A stretch of DNA of 24,000 nucleotides from Parcubacteria group bacterium (GTDB taxonomy: Bacteria > Patescibacteriota > Minisyncoccia > Phycocordibacterales > DATDWN01). The stretch is taken from contig JBBQLO010000005.1 in assembly GCA_038327915.1 (NCBI GenBank), forward strand, positions 1-24,000. Reading direction: 5' to 3'. How positions within the stretch are numbered: the first letter of the stretch is position 1; each line of letters opens with the position of its first letter. Made by a program: the position numbers and the translations under genes. The notes below the pieces were generated by a model. The model had not been told where the DNA came from. It searched no databases and worked only from the letters and a program-made list of their open reading frames with translations. Shown piece after piece: positions 1-7,725 of the stretch.

Positions 1-340
1 TCTGCGGGCGGAAACCCCCGCCAAAAATCAGCCGAGGTTTTGCGAAATCCTTGTCCCCAGAAAATAGTTTTCGCAAAACCGAGTCCGAATTGCATTTGCC
101 CTCCGTCTGCCCGAATACTTGGAGGACAGAACCCCGAAAGAAAAACACCCTTTCCTTTTTCAAAAGAAATTTCACCCCCGCCACATCAGAAATGCCAGGA
201 GTGTTTTTCTTTCGGGGTTGTCGCCGTACTCGGCGAGCGGCGTGCGTATGCGTTCCCCGCACTTCTGCTTCAGCAGAAGCACCACGCTTCGCGTGGTGGC
301 GCTTTAGCGCGCGGGGAACGCTAGTCATTACGATTTTGAA
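1..340. other. GC-rich non-coding segment dense in perfect helices; candidate structured RNA or DNA-level element, truncated by the window start
   Basis: 12-bp perfect stem 36-47/69-80. 18-bp perfect stem 131-148/201-218. Four-way junction 251-320: outer 10-bp stem 251-260/311-320 enclosing hairpins 262-279, 280-298 and 299-310. Only overlapping low-complexity ORFs in all three plus frames. Confidence 0.3.
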
Positions 341-375
341 AATAGGTTCTAGCTTGGTACAATAAACGCACAAGT

Positions 376-407
376 CCAAAAAAATCTCCACTGCTGGAGA
401 TTTTTTC
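376..407. terminator. Bidirectional intrinsic-terminator-like hairpin
   Basis: A-run, then stem tctcca(385-390)/tggaga(395-400) with loop ctgc, then T-run 401-406. The A/T runs extend the stem. Confidence 0.5.
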
Positions 408-470
408 GGACATGTGCGAGACGGAGCCATGTTTTGTCAGCAGACAAAACGGGCGAGTCTTGGGACCGTA

Positions 471-568
471 GAAATCTTCGAGCGACGGCGAGAAGATTAT
501 CTAGGTCACATGCATTTATGGTCATGGAAATTTCTGACCGCCGGCGAAGAAATTATCTGTGACCACAT
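471..568. repeat. Two tandem hairpin units of about 41 nt with compensatory stem changes
   Basis: Unit 1 (471-511) has stem aatcttc/gaagatt. Unit 2 (527-568) has stem aatttct/agaaatt. Both have a GC-rich 12-nt loop (gagcgacggcga / gaccgccggcga) and an atct..g..cacat tail. Confidence 0.5.
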
Positions 569-673
569 ATTCTAAAATCTCACATAACTCCAGATTTTTT
601 TAATTAAAGAATGATTTTTTATAAATTCAGAGAGGAGATAGGAAATAATTATATATCCTGATATAGTATACAA

Positions 674-1573
674 ATGAAAATTGGCGTACTCCTTTATACA
701 TTCAGTCGTATTGATGATGCAAAAATAAATCTTGAAATCATTAGAAATGTTTGGAGTAAAAATGATTTATTAAAAGACATTAAAGTTGTTCACTCATATA
801 ATGGTAAGAAAGAATGGTGGCCAGAAAAATATCTAGAAGATGAACTTTTATATTTAGACAACCCTGGTCATTTTGCTGGTGCTGAACTTTTAATCAATGA
901 AGGTATAAAATGTTTTTCACAGAAATATTCAGAGGTTGATTATGTTATTGTCTTAGCCTCTGATACCTGGCTTGTTAAGCCAGAGTACACAGAAAGTGTT
1001 ATTAGAAAAATGCAAGATGAACAGAAGTATATGGCAACTTGTCCTTGGGGAACAACAGAAAAAGACAATATGTGGAAAATGGGAATGGCTATTGATTTTG
1101 CAATATTTGATTTAAAATGGTCTACAAAATTTAATTTGTTTCCAATAAGATATACAGAATTTAAAGAAAAATATTCTGAAGTTTTTGACTACAAAAATGA
1201 GATTATATATCCGGAAAGAGTTTTAGCTGTACGTTTTAAACAAGCAATAATAAAATCTACAAGTATGCCAAGTGATAACCTTGTCACAAAAGTAGCTACG
1301 GAACATATTTACAGAATGACCGAAAGAGAGCCTGTTCATGATGAAAAAGGATGGTTTGGTATAAAAAAAGGTAGAAAAATGTATTTTCCTAAGATTGGTT
1401 TGTTGACACATCACGAAGCTAAACCAAAAAAGGATATTTTAAAAAATTTAAAACTCACAATAGGTGATAATGCTAAAAAATTAATAACCTCAAGTGATTT
1501 GAGCTATTATAATAATGGTGTAGGAAAATTAAGATTTTTCAAAAGTGGTAAGGAAATTAATTATGGGGATTAG
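674..1573 (+). CDS. Hypothetical protein, 299 aa, no family recognised
   Basis: Long ORF with host-like AT-rich codon usage. No motif I can name. Confidence 0.6.
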   Translation: MKIGVLLYTFSRIDDAKINLEIIRNVWSKNDLLKDIKVVHSYNGKKEWWPEKYLEDELLYLDNPGHFAGAELLINEGIKCFSQKYSEVDYVIVLASDTWLVKPEYTESVIRKMQDEQKYMATCPWGTTEKDNMWKMGMAIDFAIFDLKWSTKFNLFPIRYTEFKEKYSEVFDYKNEIIYPERVLAVRFKQAIIKSTSMPSDNLVTKVATEHIYRMTEREPVHDEKGWFGIKKGRKMYFPKIGLLTHHEAKPKKDILKNLKLTIGDNAKKLITSSDLSYYNNGVGKLRFFKSGKEINYGD

Positions 1574-1696
1574 TTTCTTATCCTCAATATATAAAATCTT
1601 TAAATACATTCCAACCATATAGGATTTATCACTTAATATGGTTATAATAACTTTTGCTTCGATACATGTGCCAACCAGAGATATGTTTTTAAATCT

Positions 1697-2068
1697 ATGC
1701 AAACAGATATCAACCAAAAAATCATATTCGTCTACAACGCAGATTCTGATTTTTTTTCCCAAATTAAGGACCTTGTGATAAAAATTACCACACCTGAGAA
1801 ATATACGTGCAACTTATGTGCGGTTACATATGGTCCACTCGAGATGAAAAATGAATGGAAGAACTTTCTCAAAACATTACCACAAGAAAAAGTCTTTATG
1901 CACAGAGATGAATTTCACTCGGCATACCTACATTTGTCAGAAATTCAATTACCAGTGATTTTGAGTGAAGAAAACAACATAATTAAAGTCGTTGTTTCGG
2001 CTGATGAGATCAACCGAGAAAAAACACTTTCTGGCCTTGAACATTTGGTCAGGAGTCGCTTAAAATAA
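1697..2068 (+). CDS. Small conserved-looking hypothetical protein, 123 aa, with a CNLC (CxxC) motif; possibly thioredoxin-like
   Basis: ORF with motif YTCNLCAVTYGPLEMKNEWKNFL. Function not established. Confidence 0.5.
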   Translation: MQTDINQKIIFVYNADSDFFSQIKDLVIKITTPEKYTCNLCAVTYGPLEMKNEWKNFLKTLPQEKVFMHRDEFHSAYLHLSEIQLPVILSEENNIIKVVVSADEINREKTLSGLEHLVRSRLK

Positions 2069-2094
2069 GGATATTCACGTTTATATCAGAGGTA

Positions 2095-2547
2095 TTAGAA
2101 GTTGCAGACTGCTGGAGAACCCCACCAGCCATTTAAGCTCATGTTGTTGGCTACGCCTGTTTTACACCAGCTACCCGTCACAGCTGTATAAACATATAAT
2201 CCATACTGGTCTGTACCCCCACTATTACCAACACCATAGTAATGATCTCCGTCTGCGATTAAATTTGCCGGAATACTGGGTATGTATGTCGGTACAAGAG
2301 CGGCTACTAATGTTGGGTCGGTGAGCAGAACATCGCCGTTTCCGACCGGAGATTGGGGATAGGTACCATATGTACTGTAATACAGAGCCAGCGCATTTTC
2401 AACAGCTTTTATTTCAGTTATTCGTGCAACGTCTTTAGCTTTTGTTCTGGCGGTATTCAATGACGCGAGCACAATTGAAGAAAGTAGACCAATAATGGCA
2501 ATGACCACGAGAAGTTCGATGAGTGTAAAACCACGAGAAGATTTCAT
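2095..2547 (-). CDS. Type IV pilin / pseudopilin-like protein with prepilin N-terminal methylation motif
   Basis: N-terminus MKSSRGFTLIELLVVIAIIGLLSSI: G|F cleavage site, Glu5, hydrophobic helix. Confidence 0.9.
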   Translation of the reverse strand: MKSSRGFTLIELLVVIAIIGLLSSIVLASLNTARTKAKDVARITEIKAVENALALYYSTYGTYPQSPVGNGDVLLTDPTLVAALVPTYIPSIPANLIADGDHYYGVGNSGGTDQYGLYVYTAVTGSWCKTGVANNMSLNGWWGSPAVCNF

Positions 2548-2795
2548 AATTGTTTTGAATATGTGCCGTTAATTGATGGCACCGGATTTTTTGGAGATCC
2601 AGTCCCGTTGTATTTGAAAAATAAAATACCAGCCATACCTAATAAAACTATACAAACCACTATGAGCACTGCATTCACGTATTTTTCAGGTATACCCACC
2701 TTTTCAACAAAACGGAACATGGTTGATTTTTGTTCAACATATGTCTGTTTTTTATATAAACCAATATTTTGTTCATCAAATTCTACGTGTGACAT
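2544..2795 (-). CDS. Small single-pass membrane protein, 83 aa, translationally coupled to the pilin gene
   Basis: ATGA start/stop overlap at 2544-2547. One hydrophobic helix (AVLIVVCIVLLGMAGILFF). Confidence 0.55.
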   Translation of the reverse strand: MSHVEFDEQNIGLYKKQTYVEQKSTMFRFVEKVGIPEKYVNAVLIVVCIVLLGMAGILFFKYNGTGSPKNPVPSINGTYSKQL

Positions 2796-2828
2796 AATAA
2801 TAAGTTTGGTTGTTTTTTTGACCCTACT

Positions 2829-3182
2829 TTATAACGGTAAATCAAGTCCAAAAAATCCAGGTCCGGTAAAGAGGAGGGAAATCAAAACAATTGCAGAGAG
2901 AGTGTGAAGTAAAACAGCATCTCGTGTCAGTGGTGCGACTTTTTTGTTTGCCCAATCGTCAAAACCTATTATAAAAAAACCAAAAAGAGCCGCTATTTGT
3001 GTGTATAGTCCAATGAATAGAAAAATGCCAGAAACAATATAAATAACAGACATCCATTTGTATGGTTTTTTAAAACGTTGTAGGCCTGTAAATACGAGAA
3101 AAGCCCCAACAGCTAGACGTAAAATGCATGGAGCAATAAAGCTATATGTGAGTAGATTTGGAAATACAGAGAGAGGATGCAT
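2829..3182 (-). CDS. DoxX-like small integral membrane protein, 117 aa from the internal ATG
   Basis: Multi-helix hydrophobic protein (LRLAVGAFLVFTGLQRF...). I prefer the ATG at 3182 over the track start at 3245. Confidence 0.55.
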   Translation of the reverse strand: MHPLSVFPNLLTYSFIAPCILRLAVGAFLVFTGLQRFKKPYKWMSVIYIVSGIFLFIGLYTQIAALFGFFIIGFDDWANKKVAPLTRDAVLLHTLSAIVLISLLFTGPGFFGLDLPL

Positions 3183-3285
3183 GCGTATAGTATATGATAT
3201 TTGTATTTTTAGAGCAATAAAAAAGAATAATCTCTGGCTACCCATACATACACATGGTGTCTGTAGGTTGTGCTAGAGTGTGTGT

Positions 3286-3759
3286 ATGAAAAAAGAGGTT
3301 ACCATTCTCCTTCACAACATTCGTAGTGCTCATAATGTTGGGTCTATTTTTCGTACGGCTGATGCGGTGGGAGTGACAAAAATATATCTTTCGGGATACA
3401 CACCCACTCCACTGGACAGATTTGGTTGTGCTCGTAAAGACTTAGCAAAAGTGGCGCTTGGAGCAGAAAAAAGTATTTCATGGGAACAAATTATCGATCC
3501 GAAAAAACTTATAAAAAAATTAAAGAAAGATAATTTTCAGGTAGTAGCTTTTGAACAGTCAGTTCGGGCCATGGATTACAAAAAAGTAAAAATTTCTCAA
3601 TCAGTTCTGGTGCTGGTGGGAAGCGAAGTGGGGGGTATTGAGCAAGAGTTTTTGTCTCTCTGTGATATTGTGGCGGAGATTCCTATGAAAGGGATAAAAG
3701 AGTCACTCAATGTTTCTGTTGCTTTTGGTATTGCTCTTTTTCGAATGTTGGGAGTGTAA
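3286..3759 (+). CDS. SpoU/TrmH-family (SPOUT) RNA 2'-O-methyltransferase
   Basis: Motifs HNVGSIFRTADAVG, LVLVGSEVGGI and ESLNVSVAFGIALF. Confidence 0.85.
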   Translation: MKKEVTILLHNIRSAHNVGSIFRTADAVGVTKIYLSGYTPTPLDRFGCARKDLAKVALGAEKSISWEQIIDPKKLIKKLKKDNFQVVAFEQSVRAMDYKKVKISQSVLVLVGSEVGGIEQEFLSLCDIVAEIPMKGIKESLNVSVAFGIALFRMLGV

Positions 3760-3766
3760 TTCAAAT

Positions 3767-4687
3767 TTAGTATTTTAATTCAGCTACTATTTTTCCAGCG
3801 CCGTCATAAAGAATGATGTCTTCTCTTTCACTTTTCCACAGCGTGCTACTACGTTTCAAATAGACTCGCCATTCTTTAGTGTAGAAATTTGCGTCATTTT
3901 TATGAGTATTTATACATGATGTATAATTTATTTTTGAATAAATAAAATTAGTGCATTCGTAGCTCCAGTTGGCCGGTAGATTTGCTGTTTGAATCTGGCA
4001 AGAAGACATCGAGTTGATGTAATCAAAGCATGCATCGTTAATAACTTGATTGGCGGGAATACTCGAAAGATTTTCATTGCGTGGAGCAGGGCAGTTGGTC
4101 GAGAGATACGGGGTGAAATTTTGAAATTGTGATAAGTAACCCGAACATATATTCACTTTAAAACTTGAGCCGTTTGGTGAGAGACCCGTATCAAGATATA
4201 TAGTGTCGCCAGGGGAGAGTGCCACTGTACTTTCGCTATTTTTTGAATTAGCGAAAAAGAGTGTGGACGCATTAGGAATATTTACAATAACACCGCTTTT
4301 TTTACTTGCCAATGTAAAACCAAGAAGGGGTATGGTGGTGGTAGATTGTTCGTTTTCATGTAAAACAATATATTCTTCCGAAACTGTTTGTGAACGAGAG
4401 ACATATTGAATTAAAATTTGTCCGTAATATTTTGAATGAGATTGGTTTTCTTTTCTGACTTCTTCCGCAACGTCCATTTGTTGTTTGAGAGTATCAACTT
4501 GCGTTTGTGCTGTTTGGATTTGTCCAGCAATACTGGTGTCTGTACTTTTTTGTTCTGTGTAGCTGTTTGATGATTGTGTTGCAGTGGTTGTGATGGTCGG
4601 GTGGATAGCGTTTTTTGCCCCACCAATGAGTCCAACTGCGATGATGCCAAGAATCACTATAATACCTATCCATTCATCTTTTTTCAT
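3767..4687 (-). CDS. Membrane-anchored secreted protein, 306 aa, Cys-rich C-terminus; possible lamin-tail-like domain
   Basis: N-terminal TM helix, Thr/Gln-rich linker, then a beta-rich region (EYIVLHENEQ...LSPGDTIYLDTG). Confidence 0.55.
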   Translation of the reverse strand: MKKDEWIGIIVILGIIAVGLIGGAKNAIHPTITTTATQSSNSYTEQKSTDTSIAGQIQTAQTQVDTLKQQMDVAEEVRKENQSHSKYYGQILIQYVSRSQTVSEEYIVLHENEQSTTTIPLLGFTLASKKSGVIVNIPNASTLFFANSKNSESTVALSPGDTIYLDTGLSPNGSSFKVNICSGYLSQFQNFTPYLSTNCPAPRNENLSSIPANQVINDACFDYINSMSSCQIQTANLPANWSYECTNFIYSKINYTSCINTHKNDANFYTKEWRVYLKRSSTLWKSEREDIILYDGAGKIVAELKY

Positions 4688-4707
4688 ATTGTTATGTTAT
4701 CTGACTA

Positions 4708-5610
4708 TTATACCTGATGTATGTTACAAAAATGAGCACTCCTACTCCCAATTACCTTCCGTGTAGTTATTCCAGAACAACCAGTCTTTAAACATTTTTT
4801 TCCAGTTCGACGATATGCTTTGTGAGAATTTTGAAAACCTCCACGTTCCCCATGTATGTTGCGATAGTCAGACATAGAGTCACCCCCAAGATTGATTCCC
4901 GCGACAAGAATTTTCTTCATCGCAGCCCAGATTTTTTTCCTTTCAGATGCTGTGAGTGAGGACACTCTGCGTTCGGGATGTACGCTTGACGCCCAGAGTA
5001 TCTCATCTGAATAAATATTACCAACGCCAGCAATAACCGATTGGTCCATAAGGACGCTTTTTATTTTTCCACTTTTTTTCGTATTTAGTTTAGATGTAAA
5101 TGTTGGAAAGGGGAGATCGTCGAGTGGTTCTGGTCCGAGACCAGCAAGATCAACAACATCTGCACGTTTGGAAGTTTCAAAAAGAATCACTTTGGCGAAT
5201 TTTCGCATGTCAGAAAAAGCGAGATGTTTGCCGTTTGAAAGAGTAAAAATAAGGTGGATAAATTGGTTAAATGAATCGGAAAGAAGTTTCTCTTCACTTT
5301 TCCACACGCCCGTAGGACTCAATGTGTATTTTCCATACAACAGATGTCCGGTCATTTTCATGTGAATGAGAATAGTTTTATTGCCGGAGAGGTGTATCAA
5401 GACATTTTTCCCGCGACGTTCGGCATTGTTAAATTTTGTTCCGACGACCTCTCGTTTAAATTTTTCAAAATACTTTTTGTTTTTTATGGTATCCGTACGC
5501 TTGTTTGCTGTACGAATGTAGTAATCCGTCCAGACATCAGTAATAGAAAGCCCAACAAGAACTTCATTAAGACCGGTGACGGTGGTGGTGACTTCAGGAA
5601 GTTCAGGCAT
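4708..5610 (-). CDS. mutM: Formamidopyrimidine-DNA glycosylase (Fpg/MutM)
   Basis: N-terminal MPELPEV (catalytic Pro2/Glu3). H2TH region VIAGVGNIYSDEILW. C-terminal Cys/His zinc-finger-like segment. Confidence 0.9.
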   Translation of the reverse strand: MPELPEVTTTVTGLNEVLVGLSITDVWTDYYIRTANKRTDTIKNKKYFEKFKREVVGTKFNNAERRGKNVLIHLSGNKTILIHMKMTGHLLYGKYTLSPTGVWKSEEKLLSDSFNQFIHLIFTLSNGKHLAFSDMRKFAKVILFETSKRADVVDLAGLGPEPLDDLPFPTFTSKLNTKKSGKIKSVLMDQSVIAGVGNIYSDEILWASSVHPERRVSSLTASERKKIWAAMKKILVAGINLGGDSMSDYRNIHGERGGFQNSHKAYRRTGKKCLKTGCSGITTRKVIGSRSAHFCNIHQV

Positions 5611-5633
5611 GTTACTTTGGTTTTATTAGCAAA

Positions 5634-6215
5634 TTACTTGTTTAAATTTTTCAAGGCCGCACGTATTTTTTCTTCTGTGTTTCCTCCTTCCGACTTTTTT
5701 AGAGCCTCTCGTGCGTCGCGTTCAGAATAGCCGAGTGTTTGGAGAGCCAGGAGTGCATCAACATCTGCCGACATGCTCGAAGATTCGTCTTCTTCGCTTC
5801 CTATGCCGAGAGATGTAATTTTGTCTTTTAATTCAAGGACTATTTTCTCCGCCACTTTTTTTCCAATACCAGAGACTTTCGTCAAGTGGCTTATATCGCC
5901 TGTGCCGATGGCTTGTCGAAGGGTACCCAGAGTGGCTACGTTGAGAATCCCCATTGCCGATTTTGGCCCGATACCGGAGACAGTGAGGAGAAGTTCAAAA
6001 AAATTCAACTCTTTGCGATTTTGAAAACCATACAGATCGAGGGCATTTTCGCGTACCGCAAGGTATGTCCAAAAACTAATTTTTGGTTTTTCCTCTTTTG
6101 GCATTTCTGGTAGGAGGGCTGTGTTGGTGTGTATTTTATAGCCTACTCCAGAGACATCGAGAATAACAGACTTAAGGTCTGTGGAGAGAAGAGTGCCTGT
6201 TAAGTGTCCTATCAT
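5634..6215 (-). CDS. ruvA: Holliday junction branch-migration protein RuvA
   Basis: MIGHLTGTL N-terminus. Two helix-hairpin-helix motifs (VSGIGPKSA, VSGIGKKVAEKI). C-terminal domain III. Start moved to 6215. Confidence 0.9.
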   Translation of the reverse strand: MIGHLTGTLLSTDLKSVILDVSGVGYKIHTNTALLPEMPKEEKPKISFWTYLAVRENALDLYGFQNRKELNFFELLLTVSGIGPKSAMGILNVATLGTLRQAIGTGDISHLTKVSGIGKKVAEKIVLELKDKITSLGIGSEEDESSSMSADVDALLALQTLGYSERDAREALKKSEGGNTEEKIRAALKNLNK

Positions 6216-6282
6216 GTTTGCATTGTACCGCATTCACGTCACCCAAGCCAGAATGAATGAAGCGCCAGCAAAAAACTACGAG

Positions 6283-6311
6283 TTGATTTATTTTAGTAAG
6301 TACGCTACTAT
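6283..6311 (+). promoter_or_regulatory. Sigma70-like promoter for rpsT: TTGATT, 17-nt spacer, TACTAT
   Basis: -35 box at 6283-6288 and -10 box at 6306-6311. The ATG at 6318 is only 6 nt after the -10 box. Confidence 0.4.
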
Positions 6312-6317
6312 CTTCCT

Positions 6318-6581
6318 ATGCCAATCACAACATCAGCTAAAAAAGCTCTCCGAGGATCAAAGCGCAAGCGCGCCTTCAATTTGCGTAAAAAAGACATTCT
6401 TGGACAAGCCATTAAAAAAGTGAAAAAACTTGTTGGTGAAAAAAAACTTGCAGAAGCTGCAGAATTTTTCCCGCGAGTTCAAAAAATAATCGACAAGTCA
6501 GTTAAAACAGGTTTACTTAAAATAAACACCGCTTCACGTAAAAAAGCCCGTTTGTCTCGAATGATGACTAAAAATAAGTAG
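6318..6581 (+). CDS. rpsT: 30S ribosomal protein S20
   Basis: 87 aa, very basic, with an MPITTSAKKALRGSKRKR start typical of S20. Confidence 0.85.
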   Translation: MPITTSAKKALRGSKRKRAFNLRKKDILGQAIKKVKKLVGEKKLAEAAEFFPRVQKIIDKSVKTGLLKINTASRKKARLSRMMTKNK

Positions 6582-6608
6582 AAGGGGATAAGTAGTAAAA
6601 ACGCTCAC

Positions 6609-7205
6609 ATGAAAAAATACCTTGCAGAAGCACTCGGTGCATTTACTCTCACTTTTGTTGTGGCTCTTTCTCTCGCTGGTAAGTTCCCTGTATCGACACC
6701 AGTACTCGCGGCTCTCGTACTTGGAATGTTTGTGTACTCACTCGGACATATTTCTGGTACACACATTAACCCAGCGGTGACTATAGGCGCATGGTCAATT
6801 AAAAAAATAACCACGGTAGACGCCGTGGTGTATGTAGTTGCTCAGTGTGTCGGAGCACTTCTTGCTTTTGGCCTCGCCACCTTAGTGGGAGTCAGTGCAA
6901 CTAGTAGTTATATTGTTGCAGGTAATACTCTCGGTATTGGTCTTGCTGAAATGTTCGGGACTTTTTTCTTTACCTTTGGTATTGCCTCAGTTATGTACGG
7001 AAGGACACCAAGCCAGCTTTCGGGAGTTGTTGTTGGAGGCTCGCTCCTTCTTGGCATCAGCATTGCCGCCTTACTCGGTTCAAACGGAATTCTCAACCCC
7101 GCCGTTGCACTCGGTATCGGATCAGTGAGTTTTATGTACCTCTTTGCTCCTATTGTAGGTTCAATCGTAGGTATGAATGTCTATAAGTACTTAGGAAATA
7201 TTTAG
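6609..7205 (+). CDS. MIP-family channel (aquaporin/glycerol-facilitator-like)
   Basis: Two NPA boxes (HINPAVT and LNPAVALG) in a six-helix hydrophobic protein. Confidence 0.85.
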   Translation: MKKYLAEALGAFTLTFVVALSLAGKFPVSTPVLAALVLGMFVYSLGHISGTHINPAVTIGAWSIKKITTVDAVVYVVAQCVGALLAFGLATLVGVSATSSYIVAGNTLGIGLAEMFGTFFFTFGIASVMYGRTPSQLSGVVVGGSLLLGISIAALLGSNGILNPAVALGIGSVSFMYLFAPIVGSIVGMNVYKYLGNI

Positions 7206-7224
7206 GATAGGTGCTAATTTCATT

Positions 7225-7296
7225 GCCCTCGTCGTTCAACGGATAGGACACTGGCCTGCGAAGCTGGAAATACAGGTTCGATTCCTGTCGAGAGCA
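7225..7296 (+). tRNA. tRNA-Arg, anticodon GCG; no encoded CCA
   Basis: Manual cloverleaf. Acceptor gccctcg/cgagagc has one C3:A70 mismatch. D-arm gttc/ggac. Anticodon loop is cuGCGaa. T-arm acagg-ttcgatt-cctgt. Discriminator A. Confidence 0.8.
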
Positions 7297-7568
7297 CAAA
7301 ATGAGTTTACGAATTTTTGTGCTCTCGAAGTAAGAGCATGTTATGCTCTTACGTCAGGAATCGAAAATCTGTGATAGTTTTCTTGAGTGTAGTCACGAAA
7401 AGAAAACAGAACAGATGTACAGTTCCTGTAAGGAAAGATTCCTGTCCTGTAAGGAATCGAAAAGCGGAGCGGGTACCAATTGAGTGCAATTGGTCGCGAG
7501 CTGCGGACACGACAAAAATTTTTGACGGAAAATTTTTAGTTGTGGACGATTCCTGTCAGGAATCGACA
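7279..7568. repeat. Cluster of direct and inverted copies of the tRNA T-arm/3' acceptor sequence
   Basis: Direct copies of (c)gattcctgtc at 7437-7446 and 7547-7557 (original at 7279-7289). Inverted copies of (c)aggaatcg at 7355-7363, 7452-7460 and 7557-7565. 13-bp perfect hairpin 7289-7301/7315-7327 uses the tRNA 3' end. Confidence 0.7.
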
Positions 7569-7725
7569 GTTCTGTATAAAATCTACATGAGGCTACAGAT
7601 CATATGTCAAAATAATGCACATTGGAAAATAGTGCTAGAGGAGAGAGATTTTATGTTTCTTTTCGCTTACGCGGTCCAAAACAATCTAACTCACACTATT
7701 TTTCAATGTACTTTTGTCATATGAC

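Noticed and set aside
40-365. Three overlapping plus-strand ORFs of 94, 104 and 62 aa
   Set aside because: They occupy all three frames of the same GC-rich, helix-dense stretch. They have Pro/Arg/Ser-rich junk-like composition and no start context. I treat them as artefacts of composition.
471-568. Tandem hairpins as a mini CRISPR array
   Set aside because: There are only two units, they are not identical, there is no spacer-like unique sequence of regular length, and no cas genes are present.
2001-2007. CUGAUGA box that could mark another hammerhead; a second such box lies at 17322-17328
   Set aside because: Both lie in well-supported coding sequence. Neither has a stem II hairpin followed by GAAA or a matching stem I/III.
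7317-7724. 135-aa plus-strand ORF immediately after the tRNA
   Set aside because: It is built from the tRNA-derived repeats and AT-rich spacer. It has Cys/Arg-rich nonsense-like sequence and no SD or promoter logic.
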